DNA of 64,000 nt from Pseudomonadales bacterium (GCA_965263235.1 OZ253667.1:770189-834188), one strand, 5' to 3'. Positions 35,653 through 45,628 are shown, counted from the stretch's first letter. Made by a program: numbers and translations. The notes: generated from the sequence alone by a model not told the origin.

Positions 35653-37605
35653 GCAAACCATATACGCGATTTGGCAAGAGAGGCCCGTATTTTCAGGGCG
35701 CGCTTGTTTATCAGCATGGTGATTGTTGTGTCTCTGGTGCTTCTTCTTCTTTGGCGATACAGCAGTTTGCAAATCGTTAATTACAATAAATTTGCTACGC
35801 AGTCGGACCGAAATCGAATACATACGCTTCCGGTCGCGCCCAAGCGCGGGCTCATTTACGACCGAAACGGCGTCGTTCTAGCAACCAACCAGCCGACCTA
35901 CAGCTTGGTGCTTACCGAGGAGCGTATTGTCGACCTGGACCAGACTTTGGCTGATTTACAGCAGCTTTTCGATATTAATGAGGACGCGATTACAAAGTTT
36001 CGCCAACGCGTAAAACGTCGTAAGCCATATCAGGCTGTACCGCTGCTGTTTAAGCTAAGTGAAGATGAAATATCACGTTTCTCGGTGAATCGTTTTCGCC
36101 TGGCTGGCGTTGAGATTACCGCGCAGTTGACTCGCGAGTATCGTTTTGGCGAATCGTTTGCACACGTGCTGGGTTATGTCGGTCGAATTAACGCCAAAGA
36201 GCAAGAACGGATTGTGAGTGATGCGGAACTACAAAATCGATACGCTGCCACCAGTCATATTGGAAAGCTGGGCGTCGAAAATTACTATGAGGACGCCTTA
36301 CATGGATTGGTTGGAACGCAGTTGGTTGAAACTAATGCGCACGGCCGCATTTTAAGAGTGTTAGAGCAACGCGATCCTCAGCCAGGTAAAGATATTGTAT
36401 TAACAGTCGATGCTGGGTTGCAGCGCAATATACATAATTTGTTAGATGGTAAGCGGGCTTCGGTGGTTGCGATAGATGTTAATACAGGAGGAGTTTTGGC
36501 GCTGGTTAGCACGCCTTCGTATGACGCTAACGCCTTTGTTAACGGTATTAGTCGTCAACATTATGCAGCATTGCGTGAATCAATAGATTTACCCTTGTTT
36601 AATCGCGCGCTGCAAGGGCAGTATCCGCCAGGCTCTACAATTAAGCCTATGCTTGCGCTGGCTGGGTTGCATCATGAGGTTATTAATCGTTACTCCACAA
36701 TTTCCGACCCTGGCTGGTATCAATTGCCTAACGATGATCGATTTTATCGTGACTGGAAACGAACTGGTCATGGCGCGAAAGTCGATATGCATGATGCCAT
36801 TGTCGAAAGTTGCGACGTGTTTTTTTACGATCTCGCGTTTAATTTGGGCATTGATCGTATTCATCCTTTTCTCAGCTATTTTCAGTTGGGCGAGCGCACG
36901 GGAATTGATTCCACCAGCGAAGCTAACGGTCTGGTACCTTCGCGTATCTGGAAGCAGGGAACCAAAGGCATTCAATGGTTTCCCGGTGAAACCTTGAATG
37001 TGGGGATCGGCCAGGGTTATATGCTGGCTACGCCGTTACAGTTGGCGGTGGCAACTGCTATGGTAGCAACCCGGGGGGAGCATATTACTCCGCATCTGGT
37101 TTCAAATATGGATACGCAGAACAGCCGTTTAAGTGATACTGCCAAAGCTATGCCGAATGTTTTGCAACAAGTCGAAGCGGACTATTGGGATCAAATTCAG
37201 GAGGCAATGCGTGATGTTATTCATTCACCTAAGGGAACAGCCAAATCGATTGCGTCCGACGCGAATTATACGATGGCAGGGAAAACGGGCACCGCTCAAG
37301 TCATCGGTATTGCCCAGGGCGAGAAATATGACGCTGAGCAAATCGAAGAGCGGCAACGCGATCACGCTTTGTTTGTTGGGTATGCCCCCTTTGAGTCTCC
37401 AGAAATAGCGCTCGCAATCATCGTCGAAAATGGCGGTAGCGGTGGTGGGACGGCCGCCCCTATCGCGCGCAAAGTATTTGACTGGTACATGGAGCGTGAT
37501 GTCCCCAAACCAGAAACGCCGCAAGATCATCGCGGTTTATACGCGAGCCTTTGGGCATCGAAAAGCGGGCTGATTGATCAGGGATTGGGTGTCGATGCCT
37601 TCTGA
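35641..37605 (+). CDS. mrdA: Penicillin-binding protein 2 (elongasome transpeptidase)
   Basis: 654-aa ORF. SxxK = STIKP, SxD = SCD, KTG = KTGTAQ. The N-terminus aligns with E. coli PBP2 (IRDLAREARIFRARL vs FRDYTAESALFVRRAL). Confidence 0.93.
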   Translation: MSIGANHIRDLAREARIFRARLFISMVIVVSLVLLLLWRYSSLQIVNYNKFATQSDRNRIHTLPVAPKRGLIYDRNGVVLATNQPTYSLVLTEERIVDLDQTLADLQQLFDINEDAITKFRQRVKRRKPYQAVPLLFKLSEDEISRFSVNRFRLAGVEITAQLTREYRFGESFAHVLGYVGRINAKEQERIVSDAELQNRYAATSHIGKLGVENYYEDALHGLVGTQLVETNAHGRILRVLEQRDPQPGKDIVLTVDAGLQRNIHNLLDGKRASVVAIDVNTGGVLALVSTPSYDANAFVNGISRQHYAALRESIDLPLFNRALQGQYPPGSTIKPMLALAGLHHEVINRYSTISDPGWYQLPNDDRFYRDWKRTGHGAKVDMHDAIVESCDVFFYDLAFNLGIDRIHPFLSYFQLGERTGIDSTSEANGLVPSRIWKQGTKGIQWFPGETLNVGIGQGYMLATPLQLAVATAMVATRGEHITPHLVSNMDTQNSRLSDTAKAMPNVLQQVEADYWDQIQEAMRDVIHSPKGTAKSIASDANYTMAGKTGTAQVIGIAQGEKYDAEQIEERQRDHALFVGYAPFESPEIALAIIVENGGSGGGTAAPIARKVFDWYMERDVPKPETPQDHRGLYASLWASKSGLIDQGLGVDAF

Positions 37606-38731
37606 GTTTCAGCGCAACCTGAACGATAATTATGCGAGCTTTGCGGCAAGGCAAAGCCTGTTCAGTCGCCTGCGATTAGATCCGGTGTTGCTGGTACTAT
37701 TGTTTGCGCTGGCCGTCTACGGGCTTGTTGTTTTATATAGCGCCTCGGGTGCAGACATGGGCCGGGTCGTTCGCCAGGCGGTGTATTTGGGCATCGCATT
37801 TTCCGCGATGTTTGTTGTTGCGCAATTTTCGATGAAAACCGTCAATGCCTTATCGCCGATTGGGTATTTGGTGGGCATCCTCCTGTTACTTAGCGTATTT
37901 GTTGCGGGTGTAGAGGTAAACGGCAGTGTGCGTTGGGTGGATGTTTTTGGGCTGGTGCGTTTTCAGCCATCCGAGTTAATGAAGATTGTGGTGCCGCTGA
38001 CATTGGCTGCTTATTTATCGCGCGCGCCTTCGCCGCCAGCGTTGGGTACGCTTGCGGTTGCCTTTGGTTTGGCGTTACTGCCCTTTGGTTTAATCGTTAT
38101 ACAGCCTGATCTGGGCACCTCATTGCTGATCTTCGCGTCGGGCGTTTTGGTAATCTGGCTGGCGGGATTGAGCTGGACGGTTATTGTGGTCGGGTTATCC
38201 GCGCTGGCATTGGCGGCATGGCCAATATGGACGTTTTTACTGCAAGGTTACCAGCGACAGCGAATTTTAACGCTGCTCAATCCAGAAGCTGATCGCTTAG
38301 GAGCAGGGTGGAATATTATCCAGTCAAAGACAGCTATTGGTTCTGGTGGCTGGTCAGGGAAAGGCTGGCAAAATGGAACGCAGTCGCAGCTCGACTTTCT
38401 TCCAGAAAGCCATACTGATTTTATTATTGCCGTGCTGGCGGAGGAGTTTGGCTTGCTCGGCGTAATGTTGCTATTACTATTGTACTTATTGCTGGTAGTG
38501 CGAGGCGCATATATCGCGGCCCGGTCAAAAGATGCATTTTCACGTCTGGTTGTCGGGAGCTTAAGCCTTACTTTGTTTGTCTATGTAGTCGTCAATATGG
38601 GAATGGTCTCTGGTATTCTCCCTGTGGTGGGCGTGCCGTTGCCCTTAATTAGTTACGGCGGCACGGCGATGGTCACAATGATCGCAAGCTTTGGTTTTAT
38701 GATGGCCGCATACAGCGAATCTCAACTTTAA
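37595..38731 (+). CDS. rodA: Peptidoglycan glycosyltransferase RodA (SEDS family)
   Basis: Polytopic ORF. Contains QPSELMKI, IQPDLGT, GWSGKGWQNGTQSQLDFLPESHTDFI and PLISYGGT. ATG 37595 overlaps the mrdA stop by 11 nt (the track start is TTG 37574). Confidence 0.93.
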   Translation: MPSEFQRNLNDNYASFAARQSLFSRLRLDPVLLVLLFALAVYGLVVLYSASGADMGRVVRQAVYLGIAFSAMFVVAQFSMKTVNALSPIGYLVGILLLLSVFVAGVEVNGSVRWVDVFGLVRFQPSELMKIVVPLTLAAYLSRAPSPPALGTLAVAFGLALLPFGLIVIQPDLGTSLLIFASGVLVIWLAGLSWTVIVVGLSALALAAWPIWTFLLQGYQRQRILTLLNPEADRLGAGWNIIQSKTAIGSGGWSGKGWQNGTQSQLDFLPESHTDFIIAVLAEEFGLLGVMLLLLLYLLLVVRGAYIAARSKDAFSRLVVGSLSLTLFVYVVVNMGMVSGILPVVGVPLPLISYGGTAMVTMIASFGFMMAAYSESQL

Positions 38732-38758
38732 ATACAGCGAACGTTACGAGGAAGCAAA

Positions 38759-39787
38759 TTGTCCAGCCAGTTAACCCGTTCTTTAGAAAAAAAATCACCA
38801 TGGCAAATCGCGGCGATAGCTGCCGTCTTTGCCGCAGTGCAATTTTGTTCGAGCCTTGCGTTTGCTGACTATAGTGAGCATCCCAAAGCGCAGCAGGTGA
38901 TTGAACGTCTGGTTAGTCAACACGATTTTTCGCGCGATTATGTTGTGGGTGTGTTGAGCCAGGCTGAGACCGAGCCGCGTATTCTCAAGAGCATGAAAAA
39001 TGCGGCAGAAAAAACCAAAACGTGGACAGCCTATAAAAAGAGTTTTTTGGTTGAAAGCCGGATTGATAAAGGGGTCGCCTTTTACAACAAATATCGTCAA
39101 GCACTTGAGGCTGCGGAAGCGCAATACGGGGTGGCCCCAACCGTTATTGTTGCTATATTGGGCGTTGAGACCAACTACGGAACTTACACAGGCAAGGCGA
39201 ATGTACTAAACGCGCTGGCAACGTTGGCTTTTGATCACCCGTCGCGAGGCAAGTTTTTTACCGAAGAGTTGATAGAGTATATCCGCCTCTCCCATGAAAA
39301 AGACTGGGATCCGTCGGCAATCAGCGGTTCATATGCAGGCGCGATGGGGATGAGCCAGTTTATGCCAAGCAATTATCGACGTCTTGCCGTCGACGGTAAT
39401 GGTGATGGCGAGGTCGATTTGATGCAGGTTGACGATGCTATTTTTAGTGTTGCGCGCTATCTTAGTCATCATGGCTGGCAGGCAGGCGCAGATACCACCT
39501 TCCCTATTGCTACGGAAAATAATTTCGACGCATCAATCATTGGCAAATACCTCAAGCCTAATGCGACGCTTGCCGAGTTGGTGGATGCGGGTTATGTGAT
39601 TGACAAAAATGTGTATCAGCAACTAGGTGAAGACACGATGGCTCGCGTGGTTCGATTTAACGACAGCGATGGTGATGAATTCTGGCTAGGTTTAAACAAC
39701 TTTTATGCCATTAGCCGGTACAATCCGCGCGCTAAATACGCGATGGCGGTTCATTTGTTGAGTGAGTCGATTCGACACGAGCTTTGA
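38759..39787 (+). CDS. mltB: Lytic murein transglycosylase B
   Basis: 342-aa ORF. Signal peptide, then ILGVETNYG (catalytic Glu block) and GAMGMSQFMPSNY. Confidence 0.88.
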   Translation: MSSQLTRSLEKKSPWQIAAIAAVFAAVQFCSSLAFADYSEHPKAQQVIERLVSQHDFSRDYVVGVLSQAETEPRILKSMKNAAEKTKTWTAYKKSFLVESRIDKGVAFYNKYRQALEAAEAQYGVAPTVIVAILGVETNYGTYTGKANVLNALATLAFDHPSRGKFFTEELIEYIRLSHEKDWDPSAISGSYAGAMGMSQFMPSNYRRLAVDGNGDGEVDLMQVDDAIFSVARYLSHHGWQAGADTTFPIATENNFDASIIGKYLKPNATLAELVDAGYVIDKNVYQQLGEDTMARVVRFNDSDGDEFWLGLNNFYAISRYNPRAKYAMAVHLLSESIRHEL

Positions 39788-39844
39788 GCGCGAATGTCGA
39801 GCGGCTAGATAACTGGCGATTTAGATAATTTTCAGAGCATAGTA

Positions 39845-40903
39845 ATGGGTAGAGCCTGGCTACAATTGACTTCGAGAATATACGATAGGCGTGATGACGT
39901 TGGCCGCGTGCTGGCTAGATGGGTTGCGATGATTACAATATTTTCTGCACTCGCCAGTTGCGGTTTTTTTTCGGGCTTGCAAGGGGATCGTGTAAGTCGT
40001 GATGGCGCGCCCAATAAAAAGTTGTCGAGCTGTGATATTCAAAACGCGATACCCAAGGTTGAAGCCAGGAGCCGGCAGGGGAATCCCGATACCTATACCG
40101 TTAGAGGCAAAACCTACAAAGTCTATCAAAATGGGTTTGGTTATCGTGAGCGTGGGAAAGCCAGTTGGTATGGCACGGCATTCCATGGAAACTTGACCTC
40201 GAACGGGGAGCGCTATGATATGTACCGCATGACGGCGGCGCACAAACATTTGCCGCTGCCGTCTTATGTTGAGGTAAAAAACCTCGATAATGGCCGCAAG
40301 GTTATCGTGCGCGTAAATGACAGGGGCCCATTTGTGCAGGGGCGGATTATTGATCTGTCTTATGCAGCGGCTACCAAGTTGGATATGCTCAAAAGCGGCA
40401 CAGCTCGGGTAGAAATAGCCGTGATCGACCCAAAGAGTTTCGATTATGCCAGGTTCGCGAAGGCCAACCGATGTGGAAAGCCGGTGGTTCAGGAAGAGAA
40501 ACAGGCATATCCGGCGTTAGCGAATTACGCGACATCTGCATCGGATTCGGGCCCAAGAGTTGCTGCTGTTTCATCTTCTACCCAGCCGAAAGGCAATACA
40601 CGAGATAAGATCGCCAGCGAAAAAGCTAAGGGAGTGGCGGTATTCTTACAGCTGGCAACCTACAGCCAGCAGCAAATAGCAGAAAGCCAGCGCATCAAGC
40701 TAGCTAACGAGTTAGAGGTATCAGGTTATCGATACGGTTTAGGCTTATACGAGTTTATGCCCGATACTTCGGCTACCCCGTGGTATCGCATGCGGCTAGG
40801 GCCGCTAGAGTCGATGGAGCATGCGCGTAAGCTCGCAAAATCATCATTATTCGAGCGTTTTGGAAAGGTTTTTCCGGTCACGGAGTCTGCGCTGGATTTC
40901 TAG
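39845..40903 (+). CDS. rlpA: Septal ring lytic transglycosylase RlpA (DPBB + SPOR domains)
   Basis: DPBB block GKASWYGTAFHGNLTSNGERYDMYRMTAAHKHLPLPSYVEVKNLDNGRKVIVRVNDRGPF. C-terminal SPOR-like segment FLQLATYSQQ...WYRMRLGP. Lipobox LASC. The true start is probably internal (GTG 39908 or ATG 39929). Confidence 0.88.
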   Translation: MGRAWLQLTSRIYDRRDDVGRVLARWVAMITIFSALASCGFFSGLQGDRVSRDGAPNKKLSSCDIQNAIPKVEARSRQGNPDTYTVRGKTYKVYQNGFGYRERGKASWYGTAFHGNLTSNGERYDMYRMTAAHKHLPLPSYVEVKNLDNGRKVIVRVNDRGPFVQGRIIDLSYAAATKLDMLKSGTARVEIAVIDPKSFDYARFAKANRCGKPVVQEEKQAYPALANYATSASDSGPRVAAVSSSTQPKGNTRDKIASEKAKGVAVFLQLATYSQQQIAESQRIKLANELEVSGYRYGLGLYEFMPDTSATPWYRMRLGPLESMEHARKLAKSSLFERFGKVFPVTESALDF

Positions 40904-41036
40904 CATTGCCACAACGCAAGAGAGCAAACTTACACGAACGCTGTGTGAATTGGTTCACGGTGATTTTGTGAAAGCGCGCACAAAATACGCCCTTTTTTAC
41001 AGAGTCGTCGTAGGCGACATTCAAGAGCTAACATAG

Positions 41037-42248
41037 ATGAAAACAGCCCCAGTGTCTGGAATGGAAATATCTGCAACAAGCCAGCATTATTTAAAAAGAC
41101 CATCTCGTTTGCAGTTGGTTTTGTTCTTTTTCTTCGCGGTATTTAGCACGTGGGCGAATGCGTTAATCCCGTCTCCGCCACAATTAGCGGCTAGCAGTTA
41201 TTTGCTCATCGACGCAGACAGCGGGAAAGTGTTAGTTGAGTACCAGGCCGATCAGCAGCTCCCTCCCGCAAGCTTAACCAAAATCATGACTGCCTATATT
41301 GTCTCGTCAGAAATTGCGCGGGGTAGTGTGGCAGAGTCGGATATGGTGCCCATCAGCGTAAAAGCCTGGAAGATGGGTGGTTCTCGAATGTTTATTCGTG
41401 AGGGCTCAGAGGTCTTGCTAAAAGACTTGCTTAAAGGCGTGATTATTCAATCAGGAAACGACGCCAGCGTAGCGCTGGCAGAGTATGTCGCGGGTAGTGA
41501 GGAATCCTTTGCCGAAGTCATGAATCAACAGGCCTATTTGCTGGGTATGAACGGAACGCACTACGAAAACGCGACTGGTTGGCCGGCGGAAGGGCATTTT
41601 TCTACGGCGCGCGATATGAGTAAGCTGGCGTTAGCGTTGATTAACGATTTCCCAGAACATTATAAGCTTTATTCCGAGAAAGAGTTTTCCTATAACGATA
41701 TTTCTCAGGCGAACCGAAATGGCCTGTTGTGGCGAGACAAAAGCGTTGATGGAATTAAGACTGGGCATACAGAGGATGCTGGTTACTGCCTCGTGGCTTC
41801 CGCCGAGCGAGATGGAATGCGATTGATATCTGTAGTTATGGGTACTACGAGCAGTAAGGCTAGAGAGCAAGAGACGCAAAAACTGCTTACTTACGGGTTT
41901 CGCTATTTTGAAACGCATAAAATATATGACGCGGATACCGTATTAGCTGACGCTAAAATTTGGGCTGGCGAGTCGGACTCCATAGGACTGTCGTTGGAAA
42001 AACCGCTTATCCTCACCATTCCTCGTGGTAAGAAAAGCGAGTTAGAAGCCGTGCTTGAAATCGACAGCGAGATTCTAGCGCCTGTTGAAACGGGTGAGAG
42101 CTTTGGTGTGCTCAAAGTGAATTTAGATGGCGAGCTTATTGAGCGTCGCCCGCTTGTGGCGGTGGCGGCGGTGGAGCAGGCAGGGTTGTTCTCACGTTTG
42201 TGGGATCAACTGGTTCTGCTGATACGTGGTTTGTTAGGTATGACCTAG
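41037..42248 (+). CDS. dacA: D-alanyl-D-alanine carboxypeptidase (PBP5/6 type)
   Basis: 403-aa ORF. SLTK (SxxK), SGND (SxN) and KTGHT motifs. Synteny rlpA-dacA-ybeD-lipB. Confidence 0.88.
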   Translation: MKTAPVSGMEISATSQHYLKRPSRLQLVLFFFFAVFSTWANALIPSPPQLAASSYLLIDADSGKVLVEYQADQQLPPASLTKIMTAYIVSSEIARGSVAESDMVPISVKAWKMGGSRMFIREGSEVLLKDLLKGVIIQSGNDASVALAEYVAGSEESFAEVMNQQAYLLGMNGTHYENATGWPAEGHFSTARDMSKLALALINDFPEHYKLYSEKEFSYNDISQANRNGLLWRDKSVDGIKTGHTEDAGYCLVASAERDGMRLISVVMGTTSSKAREQETQKLLTYGFRYFETHKIYDADTVLADAKIWAGESDSIGLSLEKPLILTIPRGKKSELEAVLEIDSEILAPVETGESFGVLKVNLDGELIERRPLVAVAAVEQAGLFSRLWDQLVLLIRGLLGMT

Positions 42249-42294
42249 TCCACGCACTATTGCGTACGCTCACCTAACTACCGTGGCTGTCTGA

Positions 42295-42594
42295 ATGTCT
42301 GATTTAATCATTAATGCTGATATGAGCGGAAATGGCGAGCCGCCTAAAATCGAGTTCCCGTGTCGTTATCCTATTAAAGTAGTCGGTCGCGCCGAGCCTG
42401 AGTTTGAGCCTCAGGTTATTTCCGCTGTTCGTACACTTGCACCAGGCTTTTCTGACGCGGATGTCTCCAGCCGAGCGAGCAGCAAAGGGCGGTTTAGTTC
42501 GATTACAATTTTTATTACCGCAACCGGTGAGGATCAGCTGGGAGAAATTTTTACCGAGCTTAAAAAAATTAGTAGCGTAAAAATGGTACTCTAG
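42295..42594 (+). CDS. ybeD: UPF0250/DUF493 protein YbeD
   Basis: 99-aa ORF. KIEFPCRYPIKVVG is the characteristic YbeD block. Position between dacA and lipB. Confidence 0.85.
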   Translation: MSDLIINADMSGNGEPPKIEFPCRYPIKVVGRAEPEFEPQVISAVRTLAPGFSDADVSSRASSKGRFSSITIFITATGEDQLGEIFTELKKISSVKMVL

Positions 42595-42699
42595 ATATCC
42601 ATCGTGTTCGGTTGTTCTGGAGGTTGATTGTGCGAGCTATTTTAACAGCGGCTTATAATTTCCTGAGCGCAACAAAATTGCTGATACTGTGGCCTTCCC

Positions 42700-43383
42700 T
42701 TGTCTAAGCTCTTAGTTAAAAACTATTTGGAAGAAGCTTCGAATCTCGTGAAGTACGAAGATTCGTGGCGTGCGATGAGAAATTGGACGAACGAGCGGAG
42801 CAACGATACCGTTGACCAGCTTTGGGTGATGGAGCACGCACCGGTTTTTACACTAGGCCAGGCGGGCGATGCCTCTCATATTTTGCGTAAAAGTGATATT
42901 CCTGTAGTTCAGTCCGATCGTGGCGGGCAGGTTACCTATCATGGGCCGGGCCAGTTTATGTTTTACTCCTTGTTTAATCTTCGTCGCCTTAATATATCTG
43001 TTAGGGCTTGCGTAGAATTGCTTGAAGCGGTGGTTGTAGAAGTCTTGTCTGGCTATGACATCAGCGCTAAGGGAAATCGTGAAGCGCCAGGTGTTTACGT
43101 TGACGGTGAAAAAATCGCTGCACTTGGATTAAGGGTAAGAAAGGGATGCACTTACCATGGCCTTTGCTTTAACTACGACTTTGATGCGCAGCCTTTTAGC
43201 GATATTAATCCATGCGGTTATGACGGACTTAAAGTTTGCCAGTTATCATCGCTGATAAGCGAGCGCGACGCACGCCTGCCGAGCAGGCAGGCGTTGCTTG
43301 ATGCGTTCGTACAGGCGTATAAGCGTCAATTTAAGTATTCTGAGGCGGACATCGTGAAGATTAAGTGGCCCGAAGCGCATTAG
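42700..43383 (+). CDS. lipB: Octanoyltransferase (lipoyl(octanoyl) transferase)
   Basis: 227-aa ORF, TTG start. LWVMEHAPVFTLGQAG, VQSDRGGQVTYHGPGQ, AALGLRVRKGCTYHG, INPCGY. Confidence 0.9.
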   Translation: MSKLLVKNYLEEASNLVKYEDSWRAMRNWTNERSNDTVDQLWVMEHAPVFTLGQAGDASHILRKSDIPVVQSDRGGQVTYHGPGQFMFYSLFNLRRLNISVRACVELLEAVVVEVLSGYDISAKGNREAPGVYVDGEKIAALGLRVRKGCTYHGLCFNYDFDAQPFSDINPCGYDGLKVCQLSSLISERDARLPSRQALLDAFVQAYKRQFKYSEADIVKIKWPEAH

Positions 43384-43616
43384 CGTAGCGCCGTAGATAG
43401 CACCCAGGCAATTTGTTTTAATTTCGTGCAAGATGATTAATATCTCGCCTATAAAAACGTTAATTTTCCAGATCAAATAATAGCCAGCTGGGAAAACTTA
43501 AAGTAAAGCTTTAAGCAAAAAAGTTAGTGTCATGAATTAGATGTGTTTTCTAATTCGGGCGTTTTTCTTTCAGAACAGGTTTTTTCCTTCTCTTTTTCCC
43601 CGCCGTCAACGGTGTA

Positions 43617-43645
43617 TTGCATGTGCCTCTATCGGCTTTTATAGT
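43617..43645 (+). promoter_or_regulatory. Candidate sigma70 promoter of the dcw cluster (Pmra-like)
   Basis: TTGCAT (43617-43622), a 17-nt spacer, then TATAGT (43640-43645). It lies immediately upstream of the TGGG box array and ~150 nt upstream of mraZ. Confidence 0.5.
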
Positions 43646-43713
43646 GGGTCGATGTGGGATAAATGGGTCTAAAAGTGGGTTATTTGAGTACCTATTTGCC
43701 GGTTGATGTGGGT
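43644..43713 (+). promoter_or_regulatory. Array of (G/A)TGGG(T/A) direct repeats = probable MraZ operator
   Basis: GTGGGT 43644, GTGGGA 43654, ATGGGT 43663, GTGGGT 43675, GTGGGT 43708. The first three are spaced 10 and 9 bp apart, as for the TGGGN repeats with ~5-nt spacers described for E. coli MraZ. Confidence 0.6.
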
Positions 43714-43795
43714 TTTTATCGACAAACCACACTATTTTTAGATCGTTTTTTAATCGTTTTGTATTTTGGAGTGTGGCGGCAGTCGCCGGTGTGTT

Positions 43796-44242
43796 GTGTC
43801 ATTCGTAGGTCATAGTTCGGTCAGTATTGACCAAAAGCGCAGGATCGCGATACCGGCAAAGTATCGCGAAGAGCTTGCGCAGTGCTGTGGCAACCGGCTT
43901 GTTTGCACAATTGGTAAGAGTAGTACATTTTTTCTGCGTTTGTTCCCTCGCCCTGAGTGGGACGAGTTAGAGAAAGGGATGAACCCCCAGCTTATAGATA
44001 GTAGCGAGGATGATCCGGTAGCGCGGTTTTTGCAGGCCATGGCAGAGGATGTTTATGTGGACAGCAACCACCGCCTATTGTTGCCGCAGCATTTGGTTGA
44101 CCGTGTTGGTTTGCAAAAGCGAGCCGTGTTAACGGGTCGTGGCAGCTATTTTGAAATCTGGACAGAAGAAGATTGGCAGTCAGAGTTGGCTGCTGGGCTG
44201 GAGCTGTTTAGCAATCGTAAACAATCAAAGCAGCTCGACTGA
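43796..44242 (+). CDS. mraZ: Transcriptional regulator MraZ
   Basis: Starting at GTG 43796, MSFVGHSSVSIDQKRRIAIPAKYREEL aligns with the [26 protein letters not shown]-type N-terminus. A second DxxxR half is DSNHRLLLPQHL. The track start at 43766 adds 10 non-conserved residues. Confidence 0.92.
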   Translation: MSFVGHSSVSIDQKRRIAIPAKYREELAQCCGNRLVCTIGKSSTFFLRLFPRPEWDELEKGMNPQLIDSSEDDPVARFLQAMAEDVYVDSNHRLLLPQHLVDRVGLQKRAVLTGRGSYFEIWTEEDWQSELAAGLELFSNRKQSKQLD

Positions 44243-44302
44243 GGTGTTAGTTTTGAGTTTGCTGACGCACTGTAAAGGTTTTGTTGTGCGAGAGATGAGT
44301 CT

Positions 44303-45253
44303 GTGAGCGAGATAATTGAGCAGCCATCTCACCACCCGGTAATGCCGGAGCAAGTACTAGAGGCATGGTTAACTGACAAAAGCGGTATTTATGTGGACGG
44401 CACTTTTGGTCGAGGTGGTCATAGCGCTATGTTGCTGGATCGGCTAAAAGACGACGCAACATTATACGCTTTTGATCGCGATCCCCAGGCAATTGAATTT
44501 GGCCGTTTAAATAATCGGGATGACGCAAGATTAAAGCTGGTAAATAAAGAGTTTTCTTACATTGCCCAAGTGTTAGAAGAAGAGGGCAAGCTTGGTCAGG
44601 TGAGCGGTTTGTTGTTGGATTTAGGGGTTTCCTCGCCGCAGCTCGACCAGGCCGATAGAGGTTTTAGTATTCGTCATGATGGGCCGCTAGACATGAGAAT
44701 GAACCCAAATGCGGGGCAGAGCGCGGCAGAATGGATAAATAGCGCCTCATGGGAGTCTATCGCCGAAGTTCTTGCTAAATACGGTGAAGAGCCTTTTGCA
44801 AAGCCGATCGCTAATAATATCGTCAAAAGCAGGCAGCAAGCAGCGATCAATACGACTTCCGAGTTGGTGGCGATAGTTGAGCAGGCGATTCCTGAAGCGG
44901 CAAAGCGAAAACTAAAGGTGCACCCGGCAACGCGTAGTTTCCAGGCTATCCGTATTGAAGTGAATAATGAATTAGGTGAAGTAGAGAGCGTGCTTGCGGA
45001 CAGCCTTGACATTATTAAGCCTGGTGGTCGGCTTGTGGTTATTAGTTTTCATTCATTGGAAGACCGAATTGTTAAGCGATTTATGCGTAACGCTTCTCGT
45101 GGTTTGGAGCAGCATTCGGATTTGCCTTTGCGCGAAGATCAAATGCAGCGAGAGTTAAAGTTAGTTGGTAAGCAGCAGCGTGCCGATGAGCAGGAAGTTG
45201 CAAAAAACCCGCGAGCGCGTAGTGCGGTTTTGCGTGTAGCAGAGCGTACGTGA
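44303..45253 (+). CDS. rsmH: 16S rRNA (cytosine1402-N4)-methyltransferase
   Basis: 316-aa ORF. HHPVMPEQVLE, DGTFGRGGHS, LLDLGVSSPQLD, ISFHSLEDRIVK. Confidence 0.93.
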   Translation: MSEIIEQPSHHPVMPEQVLEAWLTDKSGIYVDGTFGRGGHSAMLLDRLKDDATLYAFDRDPQAIEFGRLNNRDDARLKLVNKEFSYIAQVLEEEGKLGQVSGLLLDLGVSSPQLDQADRGFSIRHDGPLDMRMNPNAGQSAAEWINSASWESIAEVLAKYGEEPFAKPIANNIVKSRQQAAINTTSELVAIVEQAIPEAAKRKLKVHPATRSFQAIRIEVNNELGEVESVLADSLDIIKPGGRLVVISFHSLEDRIVKRFMRNASRGLEQHSDLPLREDQMQRELKLVGKQQRADEQEVAKNPRARSAVLRVAERT

Positions 45254-45272
45254 GTGAGAAAGGGCCAAAAGC

Positions 45273-45623
45273 GTGAGTAGATACGCGGAACATGTTGGTT
45301 GGTTGCAAAGCCTTTGTGGAATATTTTTTGTATTTCTTATTGCGGGCTCGCTTCTGGTGGCCGGGCAGAGTTTTCATACCCGCGGTGTGTATAACGATAT
45401 TGAAACGGTGTATCGAGAACGAGTTGCGTTAGAGACTTTGCAAGGCAAGCTGCGCATTGAACGCGGCTACTTGTTAAGCCCCGCTTATATCGAAGAGCGT
45501 GCGAAAGAAGAGTTGAGGATGCATCCGCCTTCTATTTCCAGAGTGTTTAGCCCAGTGGGCGGGGTCTCCTCCAGTGAGGCATTGTTAGAAAGTAACGCGC
45601 TAGCGAGCGTTGGTAAAGAGTAG
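45273..45623 (+). CDS. ftsL: Cell division protein FtsL
   Basis: 116-aa ORF, GTG start. Single TM segment (LCGIFFVFLIAGSLLVAG) followed by a coiled-coil-like segment and IEERAKEELRMHPP. Located between rsmH and ftsI. Confidence 0.8.
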   Translation: MSRYAEHVGWLQSLCGIFFVFLIAGSLLVAGQSFHTRGVYNDIETVYRERVALETLQGKLRIERGYLLSPAYIEERAKEELRMHPPSISRVFSPVGGVSSSEALLESNALASVGKE

Positions 45624-45628
45624 CTTAG

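Noticed and set aside
43550-43732. 60-aa minus-strand ORF in the lipB-mraZ spacer
   Set aside because: It overlaps the promoter and TGGG-box region. Its product is Pro/Arg/Lys-rich, and it has no SD. The region is better explained as dcw regulatory DNA.
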